Source of the DNA: Bacteroidaceae bacterium
GTDB taxonomy: Bacteria > Bacillota_I > Bacilli_A > RF39 > UBA660
DNA length: 55,604 bases
Direction: 5' to 3'
Assembly (NCBI GenBank): GCA_963616135.1
Contig: CAVEJT010000002.1
Coordinates: forward strand, 1 to 55,604
Position numbers and translations under genes: made by a program. A model generated the notes under the pieces. That model made no database searches and was not told the origin of the DNA. It worked only from the letters and a program-made list of their open reading frames with translations. How positions within the stretch are numbered: the stretch's first letter is position 1; each line of letters starts with the position of its first letter. Of the stretch, positions 19,067 through 29,292 are shown in pieces.

Positions 19067-19953
19067 TAGTTTTGATTTGCTTCTATGTAAATATTTTTAT
19101 CATAATTGTGTTCTACTTGATCCAATGAAAGTAATTGTTCTGTGGATATCATGAAGAAATTATGTATTAAATATTGCTTGCCATCACTAGCAATCGGATC
19201 ATCCCAAGTAGCATCTAAGTGATACCAAACCCCATCTAAATTAATCAAATTCCATATATGGTTTTCTGAGGTTATCTTATAATTAATAATTCCTAATCTA
19301 TCAAGATATATCGCCATGATATCACTATAACCACCACAAATAGATTTACCAGTAGTTATTAAATTATAGGCAGTATATGAATTTAAAGTGTTTGCTTCAT
19401 CATATACTGTGTTATTTATAACAAAATCATGAAATACTTTTATTTTATCATAATTGCTCATAGAGTCATTTAAATTATTAGCTATAAAAGTATCAATATA
19501 TTTATTAATAAATGTAATTTCACCATTATTATAAACTTTTTTAATTTTTACAGTAATTTTGTTGTTTTTATCAACATCAATATTTATGCTGGAGAATGAA
19601 TTATATGGATGAACAAAATTATTGATGTTAGCTATAGTAATTTGCTCATCTATAAGCTTTTTTACATCAGCAGTACAACCATCATACTTACACGTGAAAG
19701 AATAACAATCATCACCACTATTTATAATACTATAGAACATATTTAATATTTCTTGATAATTATTAACCGAATTTGAATCAATGTTTTGAACAAAAGCAAA
19801 ATCATTTTTTAGATAATACTCATTATATGTTAATACCTTGTTACTTCCTTTATAAATAATTTCATCATTTATAAAACCAGAAATGTTATCTCTAAAAAAA
19901 TATACAACTATTAGTATTGAAAACAAAAAAAATATTTTAAAAAGGTCTTTCAT
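19066..19953 (-). CDS. transglutaminase-like cysteine peptidase domain protein, membrane-anchored
   Basis: N-terminal TM. Cys-His-Asp core: SICGGYSD ... HIWNLINLDGVWYHLDATWDD. Start set at the ATG at 19953, after AGGTGA. Confidence 0.75.
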   Translation of the reverse strand: MKDLFKIFFLFSILIVVYFFRDNISGFINDEIIYKGSNKVLTYNEYYLKNDFAFVQNIDSNSVNNYQEILNMFYSIINSGDDCYSFTCKYDGCTADVKKLIDEQITIANINNFVHPYNSFSSINIDVDKNNKITVKIKKVYNNGEITFINKYIDTFIANNLNDSMSNYDKIKVFHDFVINNTVYDEANTLNSYTAYNLITTGKSICGGYSDIMAIYLDRLGIINYKITSENHIWNLINLDGVWYHLDATWDDPIASDGKQYLIHNFFMISTEQLLSLDQVEHNYDKNIYIEANQN

Positions 19954-20061
19954 AGTATCACCTAACATAATTATAACATACAGTAAAAATTTATGCCACC
20001 AAAAAACATTAACTTATAAAATATTTTAAGTAATATTAAAATAAAAATAAAAAGGAGTGAA

Positions 20062-20325
20062 TTACTCCATAGAATTAACTTTTTTACTTAATCTAGATTT
20101 GTTTCTAGCACTTGTGTTTTTAGAAGTTACTCCTTTTTGAGTAGCTTTATCTATAGCTTTTATAGCAGTTTTTAATTTATCGTTAGCTTTTTCTTTATCT
20201 TTAGAAGCAACAGCTCTTTCTACATTTTTAATAGCTGTTTTCATACTAGCAGTAAATTCATTATTAACTTTTTCTTTTTTTACATTCACTAAAACTCTTT
20301 TTTTAGCATTCTTTAAATTTGGCAT
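20062..20325 (-). CDS. rpsT: 30S ribosomal protein S20
   Basis: MPNLKNAKKRV..., 87 aa, basic. Confidence 0.95.
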   Translation of the reverse strand: MPNLKNAKKRVLVNVKKEKVNNEFTASMKTAIKNVERAVASKDKEKANDKLKTAIKAIDKATQKGVTSKNTSARNKSRLSKKVNSME

Positions 20326-20423
20326 AAATTCACCTCCAAGTCACATATACACATATTTTAACAAAAAATTGTAAAAAATGCAATAAAATAAAGAAATTTG
20401 TTAAAAATAATAGTGGTGATTGT

Positions 20424-21443
20424 ATGAATAAAGAAGTAGATTTAGAAAAATATCAATTAAGAACAGATTTAGCTATAGATGAGGTAGAGGAAAAAGAGTC
20501 TTTAAAAGGTGTTAAATGTAAAGTAAAGAGCATTGATAATATTAAAGTTACTGATGTTACATTAAGTGAAAAAAATGAGTTAAATAGAAAAAAAGGTAAA
20601 TATATAACATTAGAATTTGAAGATGTTACAGATAGTGATAATAAAGAAAAAGTAACAAGTGTTTTAACTAATACATTAAAAAGAATATTAAAAGTAAAAA
20701 AGGAATCTTTAGGACTTGTTGTAGGGCTTGGTAATGATAAATCTACTCCTGATTCATTAGGACCACTTGTAATAAACAATATAGTAGTGACAAATCATAT
20801 TTATTTATTAGATAATTTAAGTGAAGGTTATAATAGAGTGGCTGCTATAAATCCAGGAGTAATGGGGCAGACAGGTATAGAGACTAGTGATATAATAGAA
20901 TCCATTGTAAACAAAATAAAACCAGATTATTTAGTAGTAATAGATTCACTTGCAAGTAAATCAATAGAGCGATTAAATAAAACCATTCAAATAACAGATA
21001 CTGGGATACACCCAGGAAGCGGTATAGGTAATAAAAGAAAAGAAATAAGTTTAGATACAATAGGAATACCAGTTTACGCAATAGGAGTTCCAACTGTTGT
21101 GGATGCTACTGTAATAGTAAGAGACACAATAAACTTTATATATAAAAATTATGCATTTAATAAGGAATATATGAAAGATCCAAAAAGTAAACTTACATTT
21201 AATAATGTAAATTATTTGAATAAAGAAATAATAGAAAATATAGATGATAAAAAAGCATTACTTGGATTAATTGGGACATTAAATCAAGATGAGCTTGAAA
21301 GATTAATATACGAAGTATTAAATCCCATTGGTTATAATTTAATGGTTACTCCAAAAGAAATAGACTTTGTAATTGATAAGCTATCTTTAATTATTGCAAA
21401 TTCAATAAATAAAACAATTAATAATATTGACAAAATAAAATAA
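20424..21443 (+). CDS. gpr: germination protease GPR (spore endopeptidase)
   Basis: RTDLAIDE N-terminus, GLGNDKSTPDSLGP, ITDTGIHPGSGIGNKR motifs. Confidence 0.9.
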   Translation: MNKEVDLEKYQLRTDLAIDEVEEKESLKGVKCKVKSIDNIKVTDVTLSEKNELNRKKGKYITLEFEDVTDSDNKEKVTSVLTNTLKRILKVKKESLGLVVGLGNDKSTPDSLGPLVINNIVVTNHIYLLDNLSEGYNRVAAINPGVMGQTGIETSDIIESIVNKIKPDYLVVIDSLASKSIERLNKTIQITDTGIHPGSGIGNKRKEISLDTIGIPVYAIGVPTVVDATVIVRDTINFIYKNYAFNKEYMKDPKSKLTFNNVNYLNKEIIENIDDKKALLGLIGTLNQDELERLIYEVLNPIGYNLMVTPKEIDFVIDKLSLIIANSINKTINNIDKIK

Positions 21444-21456
21444 ATTGTGCTATACT
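21427..21456 (+). promoter_or_regulatory. sigma-A promoter TTGACA-18-(TGc)TATACT inside the gpr 3' end
   Basis: TTGACA at 21427-21432, TATACT at 21451-21456, with an upstream TG. Confidence 0.55.
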
Positions 21457-21487
21457 ACTATTGTAGAAAAGGTAAGGTGGTGAGAGT

Positions 21488-21895
21488 ATGAGAAATAAGA
21501 AAGGTTTTACTTTAATAGAGTTATTAGCTGTAATCGTTATTTTAGCAATCATTGCATTAATCGCAACTCCAATAGTATTAGGTATAATAGAAAATGCAAG
21601 AAATAATGCCAAAAATCGTAGTGCAGAACTTGTAATTCAATCTGTTGAATTAGCTTATAGTACGGCATTTATGGAAAATAATGGTAAAGCACCTGCTATA
21701 GCAGATGTACAAAAAGCATTCAAAATGGATAAAGCTAATTGGAAAGTAGAAGATAGTAAAATGACTATAACTACTGACGATGGTGTTACATGTACAGTAG
21801 CTACTACAAATAATAATTTAGTAGTTACTTGTGATGCTAAAGATAGTAATGGTAATAATTATAAAACTTCAACATCAATGGAATTAGCTCAATAG
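21488..21895 (+). CDS. prepilin-type N-terminal cleavage/methylation domain protein (type IV pilin/pseudopilin-like)
   Basis: KKG|FTLIELLAVIVILAIIALIATP class III signal, with Glu at +5 relative to the predicted G|F cleavage site. Small C-terminal globular domain with 2 Cys. Confidence 0.85.
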   Translation: MRNKKGFTLIELLAVIVILAIIALIATPIVLGIIENARNNAKNRSAELVIQSVELAYSTAFMENNGKAPAIADVQKAFKMDKANWKVEDSKMTITTDDGVTCTVATTNNNLVVTCDAKDSNGNNYKTSTSMELAQ

Positions 21896-21998
21896 TCTTA
21901 TAGTTAGAATTAGCACTATTTAAAGAGTTTGATTAATTCAAACTTTTTATTTTGTAAAAATTATGGTATAATATCAACATTGAAAGAGGGGAGATAGT

Positions 21999-23312
21999 AT
22001 GAGAAAACCAGTAGTTGCCCTTGTAGGAAGACCTAATGTAGGAAAAAGTACAATATTTAATAAGTTAGTAGGAAGAAAAATATCTATAATAGAAGATACT
22101 CCAGGTATAACACGAGATAGAGTATATGGAAATGTTTCTTATTACAACTATAAATTTCACCTTATAGATACAGGTGGTATTGAAAGTGGAGTAGCTGACT
22201 TTAATAATGAAATAAAAATGCAAGCAAGTCTTGCTATAGATGAAGCTGATATTGTTGTATTTGTAGTAGATGGTAAGGAAGGCTTAACTAGTGATGACTT
22301 CTTAGTTCGTGATATGCTTATGAAAGTAAGTGATAAAGTAATAGTTGCTATAAATAAATGTGATAGTAAAAAAATTAAGGAAACAGAATACGAGTTTTAT
22401 GAATTAGGATTTGATAAACTTGTTAAAGTAAGTGGAGAGCAAGGTGATGGAATAAGTGATCTATTAGATATTATTACATCTAATTTTCCTAAATTTGAAG
22501 AAGATGAAGATGATACTAAAGTAAAATTTTCTATAATAGGAAGACCAAATGTAGGTAAGAGTAGTTTAGTAAATGCATTACTTAATGAAGATAGGGTAAT
22601 AGTGTCAAATATAGCTGGAACTACTAGAGATGCTATAGATACAGAATTTAATTATAATAATGAAAAATATGTAGTTATAGATACAGCTGGTATGAGAAAA
22701 AGAGGTAAAGTATACGAAAATGTTGAGAAATATAGTTTACTTAGAAGTTTAAAAGCTATAGATAGATCTGATGTATGTGTTATTGTTATTAATGCAGAAG
22801 AAGGTATTATAGAACATGATAAACATATAGCAGGGTATGCTATAGATGCTGGTAAAGCAGTTGTTATAGTTGTAAATAAATGGGATTTAATAGAAGATAA
22901 AGACATGGCTATTAAAAAGTGGAAACAAGATGTTGAAGCTAATTTTGCTTTTATGGATTATGCTAAGGTAGTATTTTTAAGTGCTAAAACAAAGAAAAGA
23001 ATACATACATTAATGCCAGAAATATTACAAGCTTATGAAAATAGTAAAAAAGAGATAAAAACTAGTGTTTTAAATAAAGTTATAATGGATGCTTATGAGT
23101 TGAATATACCACCTAGTTATAAGGGAAAAAGGCTTAAAATTTATTTTACATCTCAGGTAAAAAGTGCTCCTCCAACATTTAATATTCAAGTAAATAGTAA
23201 AGGTTTAGTACATTTTTCTTATAAAAGATATTTAGAAAATAAAATAAGAGAAGCTTTTGATTTTAGTGGAACACCAATTGTAATTAATTTTAAGAGTAAA
23301 GGAGAACAATAA
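21999..23312 (+). CDS. der: ribosome biogenesis GTPase Der (EngA)
   Basis: Two tandem G domains (GRPNVGKST twice) plus a KH-like C-terminus. Confidence 0.97.
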   Translation: MRKPVVALVGRPNVGKSTIFNKLVGRKISIIEDTPGITRDRVYGNVSYYNYKFHLIDTGGIESGVADFNNEIKMQASLAIDEADIVVFVVDGKEGLTSDDFLVRDMLMKVSDKVIVAINKCDSKKIKETEYEFYELGFDKLVKVSGEQGDGISDLLDIITSNFPKFEEDEDDTKVKFSIIGRPNVGKSSLVNALLNEDRVIVSNIAGTTRDAIDTEFNYNNEKYVVIDTAGMRKRGKVYENVEKYSLLRSLKAIDRSDVCVIVINAEEGIIEHDKHIAGYAIDAGKAVVIVVNKWDLIEDKDMAIKKWKQDVEANFAFMDYAKVVFLSAKTKKRIHTLMPEILQAYENSKKEIKTSVLNKVIMDAYELNIPPSYKGKRLKIYFTSQVKSAPPTFNIQVNSKGLVHFSYKRYLENKIREAFDFSGTPIVINFKSKGEQ

Positions 23313-23356
23313 TTGTTTTCTTTTTTTATTTATGATAAAATTATAGTGGTGATGAT

Positions 23357-24655
23357 ATGAAAAATATTGATACAAAAAAGGTATTAACGATTTTTACGCT
23401 TTGTATATTATTAGTAATACCATTTATTAGAATATTATCTTTTTATTTGCAATATTACAATGTAATAAACAATTATGATTCTATAAATATAGCTATAATA
23501 TTATATATAAGTATACCTTTTTTATTGTACACTTATGTATATAATATAATAAAAACAAAAAAATTAAATTACTATGATTATATATTCTTTTTGTTTATTT
23601 TAATAGGAATTTTAGTATGCATGTTTTCTATAAATAAAAATATATCAATATTTGGTAAAAATTATAGACATGGTGGTTTTTTAACTTTGTTTACATACTT
23701 TTTGTTAGTCGTAAATTGGATTAGATATGGAAATAAATTAGATATCTCTAGATTTATTAAACTTTTAATAATTATTTCAGTAATAAATTCAATATATGCT
23801 TTATTTCAAATTTACACTCCTTTTAATTTTATAATTAAATATTCATTAGATATTAATATGGCATGTGGTATACTTGGAAACCCTAATTTCTTTGGAAGTT
23901 ATATAGTAACTGTTTTAAGTATAGTTACTTATGAATATTTAATTGAAAATAAAAAAACTATAAGTTTAATTATTTTATTTTTTATTTCTTTAGTAAATTG
24001 TCAATCTACAGGACCTTTTTTAACTTATATACTTGTTTATATATTAATATTGATTTTGTGTTTAAAGAAAATAAATGTAAAAAAATATTTAATATTACTA
24101 CTTATTTTAATTGTTACTTGTGTTATGACACTTATTCTAAATTATTTATTAACTGATGTTTTTAAGGTTAATTTTAAAAATAATTCTACATTTAGATGTG
24201 AAATATGTGACATTAAAAGAAACAGTAAAACTATAGATAATGGGAGAATTGACATATGGAAAAACACTTTAAAAATAGTTAAAAAACATCCAATACTTGG
24301 TGTAGGATATGATAATTTATATTTGGCTTATCCTAATAAATCAAAAGAATCAGTAGTATTTTCTATAACTAATAGTTCTGTAAAGAAAAAAGATTCAAGA
24401 GGAGCTGTTATAGTTGATAATGCTCATAATATGTATTTAAATTCACTTGTATCTGGTGGAATGTTGGGTGTAATACCTTTTATAATTTTGCTTGCTATAA
24501 CATTGTTTAAGGGATTAAAACAAAAAGACAAAACTTTATTTTTTGCTTTCCTTGCATTTTCTATTCAAGGATTTGCTAATATAAATATGCTTACAACCAC
24601 ACCTATCTATTTTATAATAATTGGTTTTATTTTATCTCTGGAGTGTCAAAATTAA
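23357..24655 (+). CDS. O-antigen ligase (Wzy_C) family membrane protein
   Basis: Polytopic. GRIDIWKN...GVGYDN...DNAHNMYLNSLVSGGMLG motif. Confidence 0.8.
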   Translation: MKNIDTKKVLTIFTLCILLVIPFIRILSFYLQYYNVINNYDSINIAIILYISIPFLLYTYVYNIIKTKKLNYYDYIFFLFILIGILVCMFSINKNISIFGKNYRHGGFLTLFTYFLLVVNWIRYGNKLDISRFIKLLIIISVINSIYALFQIYTPFNFIIKYSLDINMACGILGNPNFFGSYIVTVLSIVTYEYLIENKKTISLIILFFISLVNCQSTGPFLTYILVYILILILCLKKINVKKYLILLLILIVTCVMTLILNYLLTDVFKVNFKNNSTFRCEICDIKRNSKTIDNGRIDIWKNTLKIVKKHPILGVGYDNLYLAYPNKSKESVVFSITNSSVKKKDSRGAVIVDNAHNMYLNSLVSGGMLGVIPFIILLAITLFKGLKQKDKTLFFAFLAFSIQGFANINMLTTTPIYFIIIGFILSLECQN

Positions 24656-24689
24656 ATATTAAACATAAACTATTGTAGGAGGTTTTTTG

Positions 24690-24932
24690 ATGGGATTTTC
24701 AGATTCTTTCTTTAATAGGGTAGAGAAAAAAACTAATGTAGATAAAGATACTATTCTTGATTTAGCTAAAAAACTACAACAAAATGATTTGAAAAACGAA
24801 GGGACATTAAGGGAAGTTATTCAAACATTAAGTAAAATGACTGGTAGAGATGTATCAAAAGAACAAGAAGATAAAATAATTAAAACAGTTGTAAATGATA
24901 ATGTTCCTAAGGATATAGATAAGTTAATTTAA
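24690..24932 (+). CDS. spoVIF: stage VI sporulation protein F
   Basis: FFNRVEKKTNV...LAKKLQQNDLKNEGTLREVIQTLSKMTGRDVSKEQEDKII follows my recollection of SpoVIF (YjcC). ATG at 24690, after AGGAGG. Confidence 0.7.
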   Translation: MGFSDSFFNRVEKKTNVDKDTILDLAKKLQQNDLKNEGTLREVIQTLSKMTGRDVSKEQEDKIIKTVVNDNVPKDIDKLI

Positions 24933-24977
24933 TTAACTTTTTTTTTGTAATATGTTATAATTAACATAGGTGATTTG

Positions 24978-25967
24978 ATGTTTAAAATAGGAGATGTGGA
25001 ATTAAAAAACAGGGTCGTTTTAGCGCCTATGGCTGGCATTTCAAATAGTGCATATAGAACTATTATAAAAGAGATGGGAGCAGGTCTTATAGTTGCTGAA
25101 ATGGTAAGTGATAAGGCAATAATGTATGGTAATAAAAAAACTTGTGATATGCTTTATATGACTGATTTTGAAAGACCTATAAGTCAACAAATTTTTGGTA
25201 GTGACAAGAATTCTTTTGTATACTCAGCTAAATACATATATGAAAATATGCATCCAGATATTATAGATATAAATATGGGATGCCCTGTACCTAAAGTTGC
25301 TATAGGGGCTCAAGCTGGTAGTGCACTTTTAAAGGATCCAAATAAAGTATATGAAATAGTACATGCAGTAGTAGAATCAGTACCAATACCAGTTACAGTT
25401 AAAATTAGAAGTGGTTGGGATAGTAATAGTATTAATGCTGTAGAAATTGCTAAAATAGTAGAAAAGGCAGGAGCAAGTGCTATTACAGTTCATCCTAGAA
25501 CACGTGCTCAAGGTTACAGTGGAAAAGCTGATTGGAATATTATAAAAGAGGTTAAAGAAAATGTAAATATTCCTGTAATTGGTAATGGTGATATAAATAG
25601 TTGTTATGATGCTAAAAGAATGATAACTGAAACTCATTGTGATGCTATTATGATAGGTAGAGGAGTTCTAGGTAATCCATGGCTTATAAAGGATTGTGTT
25701 GATTATTTAGAACACGGTATAGAACCTAAAGATGTTACTTTAGAAGATAAAATAAATATGATAAAAAAACATTTAAATTTATTAATAAAAACAAAACCAT
25801 ATAAAGTAGCCTTATTAGAAATAAGAAGTCATGCTGCATGGTATTTAAAAGGTCTTCCATCATCAAAAGAATTAAAAGAAGCTATATTTAAAACTAAGAC
25901 TGAAGAAGAGTTAATTAATTTACTTGATAATTATTTGACACAAGAGAATGTAAAGGATTATAATTAA
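24978..25967 (+). CDS. dusB: tRNA dihydrouridine synthase DusB
   Basis: LAPMAGISN, DINMGCP, HPRTR, IGNGDI motifs. Confidence 0.93.
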   Translation: MFKIGDVELKNRVVLAPMAGISNSAYRTIIKEMGAGLIVAEMVSDKAIMYGNKKTCDMLYMTDFERPISQQIFGSDKNSFVYSAKYIYENMHPDIIDINMGCPVPKVAIGAQAGSALLKDPNKVYEIVHAVVESVPIPVTVKIRSGWDSNSINAVEIAKIVEKAGASAITVHPRTRAQGYSGKADWNIIKEVKENVNIPVIGNGDINSCYDAKRMITETHCDAIMIGRGVLGNPWLIKDCVDYLEHGIEPKDVTLEDKINMIKKHLNLLIKTKPYKVALLEIRSHAAWYLKGLPSSKELKEAIFKTKTEEELINLLDNYLTQENVKDYN

Positions 25968-25979
25968 ATTGGTGATAGT

Positions 25980-27035
25980 ATGGATAAAATAGAAGCAAAT
26001 CAAGGTTTACCATATAAATTAATAAAAAATAGATTTTTCCATAATCAACAATATAAAGATTTATTATATATAGTAAATAAAAATATACCAGGTATAAAAT
26101 CTGATGAAGTAATAGAAATGTTTAAAAATTTAAATACTACTGGATGCTCATGTGCTATGCTTGCTAATTCTTTAGTAGATCAAATTTATAAAAATGATGA
26201 AGATTTTAAAAATGTATTTGGTTTTTCTTGCTTAACAAAAGGTAAAATTGATTGTAATAAATTAATGGTAGATATATTTTCTAAATTATATAAGATAATG
26301 AAAATAAAATTTGTAGAATATCAAAATTATAAATTTAATAGTTTAAAAGAAGCACAAGAGAGTCTTTTAGGTAGCAAATATATAGATGATTCGAGTGCTA
26401 CACTTGATTTATTTAACAATGGATTTGTCGCAAACGGTACTTTAAATAATCAACTTTTATTTAAGAGTAAAATACCGACAGTAACTGAATATGTAGGAGA
26501 TGTTGGTAAAATAGCTAAAGAAAAATTTGGTATTGATTGGATTAATTCTATAGATCAATTAAAAAAACTTTGTACTAATAAAAACATAGAAATGGAATGT
26601 AAAGATGTAAATATATATGAGAAATTGACTGGATTAGGTACAAATAATTTTAATTTTTGGAGTAATTACTATTTAAGTCAATATAATATAAATATAGGAT
26701 TAGTTAATGAACAAATATCGGTTAGAGATTTTAATAATGATTATAAATCATTTATGGATTATATAAACAATTTAAATGTAAGTGGATATTCTATTAGTAT
26801 TTCATCACCACCTAATGGTGAAGCATATATGCATACAAAAAAAAGTTTATCATGGAGTAAAATATCTATTCATAATGCCGGACATATAATGTTATTTAAA
26901 AGATTTGATGAAAATCAAGATATAATAGTTTCGTCTTATGGAGAAGAGTATATTATTCCCAAAGAATATTTTAATGTTTTAGAATTTAGAAAGATAAAAA
27001 CAATAGATCAAGATTCAAAAGAAAAAAGTAGATAA
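25980..27035 (+). CDS. hypothetical cytoplasmic protein with papain-fold-like Cys/His motifs (C39-like?)
   Basis: NTTGCSCAMLANSL near residue 55 and HNAGHIMLFKRFDENQDIIVSSYGEEY near the C-terminus. No signal peptide. Confidence 0.35.
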   Translation: MDKIEANQGLPYKLIKNRFFHNQQYKDLLYIVNKNIPGIKSDEVIEMFKNLNTTGCSCAMLANSLVDQIYKNDEDFKNVFGFSCLTKGKIDCNKLMVDIFSKLYKIMKIKFVEYQNYKFNSLKEAQESLLGSKYIDDSSATLDLFNNGFVANGTLNNQLLFKSKIPTVTEYVGDVGKIAKEKFGIDWINSIDQLKKLCTNKNIEMECKDVNIYEKLTGLGTNNFNFWSNYYLSQYNINIGLVNEQISVRDFNNDYKSFMDYINNLNVSGYSISISSPPNGEAYMHTKKSLSWSKISIHNAGHIMLFKRFDENQDIIVSSYGEEYIIPKEYFNVLEFRKIKTIDQDSKEKSR

Positions 27036-27045
27036 GGTGATAATA

Positions 27046-27945
27046 ATGCAAGAAAATTTAGAAAAAATTAAAAGATTTTTTAAATACAATATGAATATTA
27101 AAAATATATTATTTAATACAAAACCACAAGAAACAGATAAATATAATAAAGAAACTTTAATTAAATATAGTGATAAATTATTTCAAGCTATTAATGATAT
27201 AGAATATTATATGAATGTAATGTTAGAAGATTTTAACTTTTTAGATGAAGATAAAAAATACTTTAATAATTATATAAAAGCATTAAAAAATGAACTTATT
27301 AAATGTGGTTATGATTTTAATAAATTATCTACATTTTATACAACTTTTTTTACGAATATGAGTGAAGAACTTGTTAATAAAGTGGGTAATCAAATAAAAG
27401 GTGCAAGTATGTATTCCTATGTTGATTTAAAAGAAGCAAAAAGTTTAAATGAAATGCTTCATATAGTTCATCAAACTATAATAAATAATGAAAATAATTT
27501 TAGAAATTTACCTGTAATTTCTAGAAAACAAAATCATGAAGGAAATAATATAACTCTTTATGGTGAAGATACGACTATTTCTAGAGTAGTATTTAATTCT
27601 ATACCTATTTCAATAGATACTGATTTTGTAGAAATTATGTCGGTAGATGAAACTAAAGTAAATTTAATGATACGAGATATTGGACATGCATTATCTATAG
27701 AAATAGAACAAAAAGATGATAAATGCATTATAAGATATTTTATACCAAAGATTTGTAATATTGACATGGTAAATAATTTAAAAGGTGTAAACAAGGTAAA
27801 GAAGGGTGATAACTACACAGTAGGAGTTTTTGAAACAACCTTAGAAAAATTACCTTTTGAATTATCTGGAGTTCCAACAGATATAGATATGTTTAAAGAA
27901 GGTGGAGTTTATTATAACGAGGATGTTGAAAACAAAACTTTATAA
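27046..27945 (+). CDS. hypothetical protein (no recognisable domain)
   Basis: AAGGTGA RBS. Starts 11 nt after the stop of the previous gene. The coding strand has the purine-rich bias typical of this genome. Confidence 0.5.
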   Translation: MQENLEKIKRFFKYNMNIKNILFNTKPQETDKYNKETLIKYSDKLFQAINDIEYYMNVMLEDFNFLDEDKKYFNNYIKALKNELIKCGYDFNKLSTFYTTFFTNMSEELVNKVGNQIKGASMYSYVDLKEAKSLNEMLHIVHQTIINNENNFRNLPVISRKQNHEGNNITLYGEDTTISRVVFNSIPISIDTDFVEIMSVDETKVNLMIRDIGHALSIEIEQKDDKCIIRYFIPKICNIDMVNNLKGVNKVKKGDNYTVGVFETTLEKLPFELSGVPTDIDMFKEGGVYYNEDVENKTL

Positions 27946-27976
27946 AGAAAATCAATGAAAATTTATCATTGATTTT

Positions 27977-28672
27977 TTAGATATCTTTATTATTTTTTAA
28001 AAACTCTCTTAGCATTTTTGTAAGTGCTCTTTTTTCTATTCTAGATACATAACTTCTAGATATCCCCATCTTTTTAGCAATCTCTTTTTGTGTTATCTCA
28101 TCAGTATCATATAATCCATATCTGTAGGTAATTATTTCTTTTTCTCTATCATTTAATACTGATAAATATTTTTTCATGTCATCTATACTATCTTCTTTAT
28201 GAATATCAAGAGCAAAGTCAGGTGCTGGAGTTTTTAATATATCAAGTATTGTAATTTCATTACCTTCTTTATCAAATCCAACTGATTCATTTATACTAAT
28301 ATCTTTATTTCTTTTTTTGTTATTTCTAAAATTCATTAAAATTTCATTTTCTATACATCTTGCAGCGTACGTTGTAAGCCTAGTATTTTTTGATTTAGAG
28401 TAGCTGTCAACACCCTTTATGAGACCAATAGTACCTATACTAATAAGATCATCTACATCATCAGTTTTACTATCATATTTTTTAACTATATGCGCTACTA
28501 ATCTTAAATTGTGTTCAATTAGTTTTGCTCTAGCGTCTTTATCACCCATATTTGCTTTTTCTACATACATATCTTCTTCTTCTTTAGATAAAGGATCAGG
28601 AAAACTATTATTTGAATAGGCTGCTGTAAAGATAAAAAAATCTTTAAATAGCCATTTAAAAAAATTTAACAT
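27977..28672 (-). CDS. sigK: RNA polymerase sporulation sigma factor SigK (pro-sigma-K, uninterrupted)
   Basis: Pro-sequence MLNFFKWLFKDFFIFTAA then YSNNSFPDPLSKEEE, IEHNLRLVAHIVKKY, DLISIGTIGLIKG, YAARCIENEILM, GISRSYVSRIEKRAL. Start set at the ATG at 28672, after GAGGTG. Confidence 0.85.
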   Translation of the reverse strand: MLNFFKWLFKDFFIFTAAYSNNSFPDPLSKEEEDMYVEKANMGDKDARAKLIEHNLRLVAHIVKKYDSKTDDVDDLISIGTIGLIKGVDSYSKSKNTRLTTYAARCIENEILMNFRNNKKRNKDISINESVGFDKEGNEITILDILKTPAPDFALDIHKEDSIDDMKKYLSVLNDREKEIITYRYGLYDTDEITQKEIAKKMGISRSYVSRIEKRALTKMLREFLKNNKDI

Positions 28673-28796
28673 AAAACACCTCAAAATAATATATGTTTTA
28701 CACATTTTGTCCTATACTGTGTAAATAATAAAAAAATGAACAAACTAAATATTGACTAGTATTTTAATATGAATTAAAATTGAAATAGGTGATATT

Positions 28797-29228
28797 ATGG
28801 CTATTAGTAATGTAATGAAAAAAGAAGAATTATATATAAGAGATGCAATAGAAAATGGAATAAGTGCAGAATCTATTAATCAAACCATATCAAATATGTT
28901 AAATAACACTAATAGATTTAAAAGCACACCTAAACAAACTAAAGAGGTTATAGAAACTATAGTTGATAGTAAGTCTAGTATAAGAAATATAGATGATAAC
29001 ACATTTTCTTCTGGTTTTGTAAGAAAAAATAATTTAAAATTAAAAGATGCTTTGAATAATGGAATTATGCCTTATGAAGTTGTAAATTCATTATCTAATA
29101 ATAATGGTAGAAAACTAAAGTTTACAGTTAGATTAATTTCTAACATGAAAAAACAAGAATTAAAATTGAGAAATCAAAAAGCAAATCAAAATAATTATCA
29201 AATGGTATATAAAAGAGGTAATATGTAA
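28797..29228 (+). CDS. hypothetical protein with an internal duplication
   Basis: KKEELYIRDAIENGISAESINQTISN versus KNNLKLKDALNNGIMPYEVVNSLSN. Divergent from sigK. Confidence 0.5.
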   Translation: MAISNVMKKEELYIRDAIENGISAESINQTISNMLNNTNRFKSTPKQTKEVIETIVDSKSSIRNIDDNTFSSGFVRKNNLKLKDALNNGIMPYEVVNSLSNNNGRKLKFTVRLISNMKKQELKLRNQKANQNNYQMVYKRGNM

Positions 29229-29292
29229 ACAGTATTATCTTTTTTTGTTGTCAAAAACATTTGTTTGTGTTATACTTTATATGGTGATAAAA

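Noticed and set aside
21418-21612. Minus-strand ORFs 21418..21612 and 42377..42622 opposite the two prepilin N-termini
   Set aside because: They are mirror images of the hydrophobic prepilin helix coding sequence. The plus-strand genes have strong RBSs and canonical GFTLIELL motifs.
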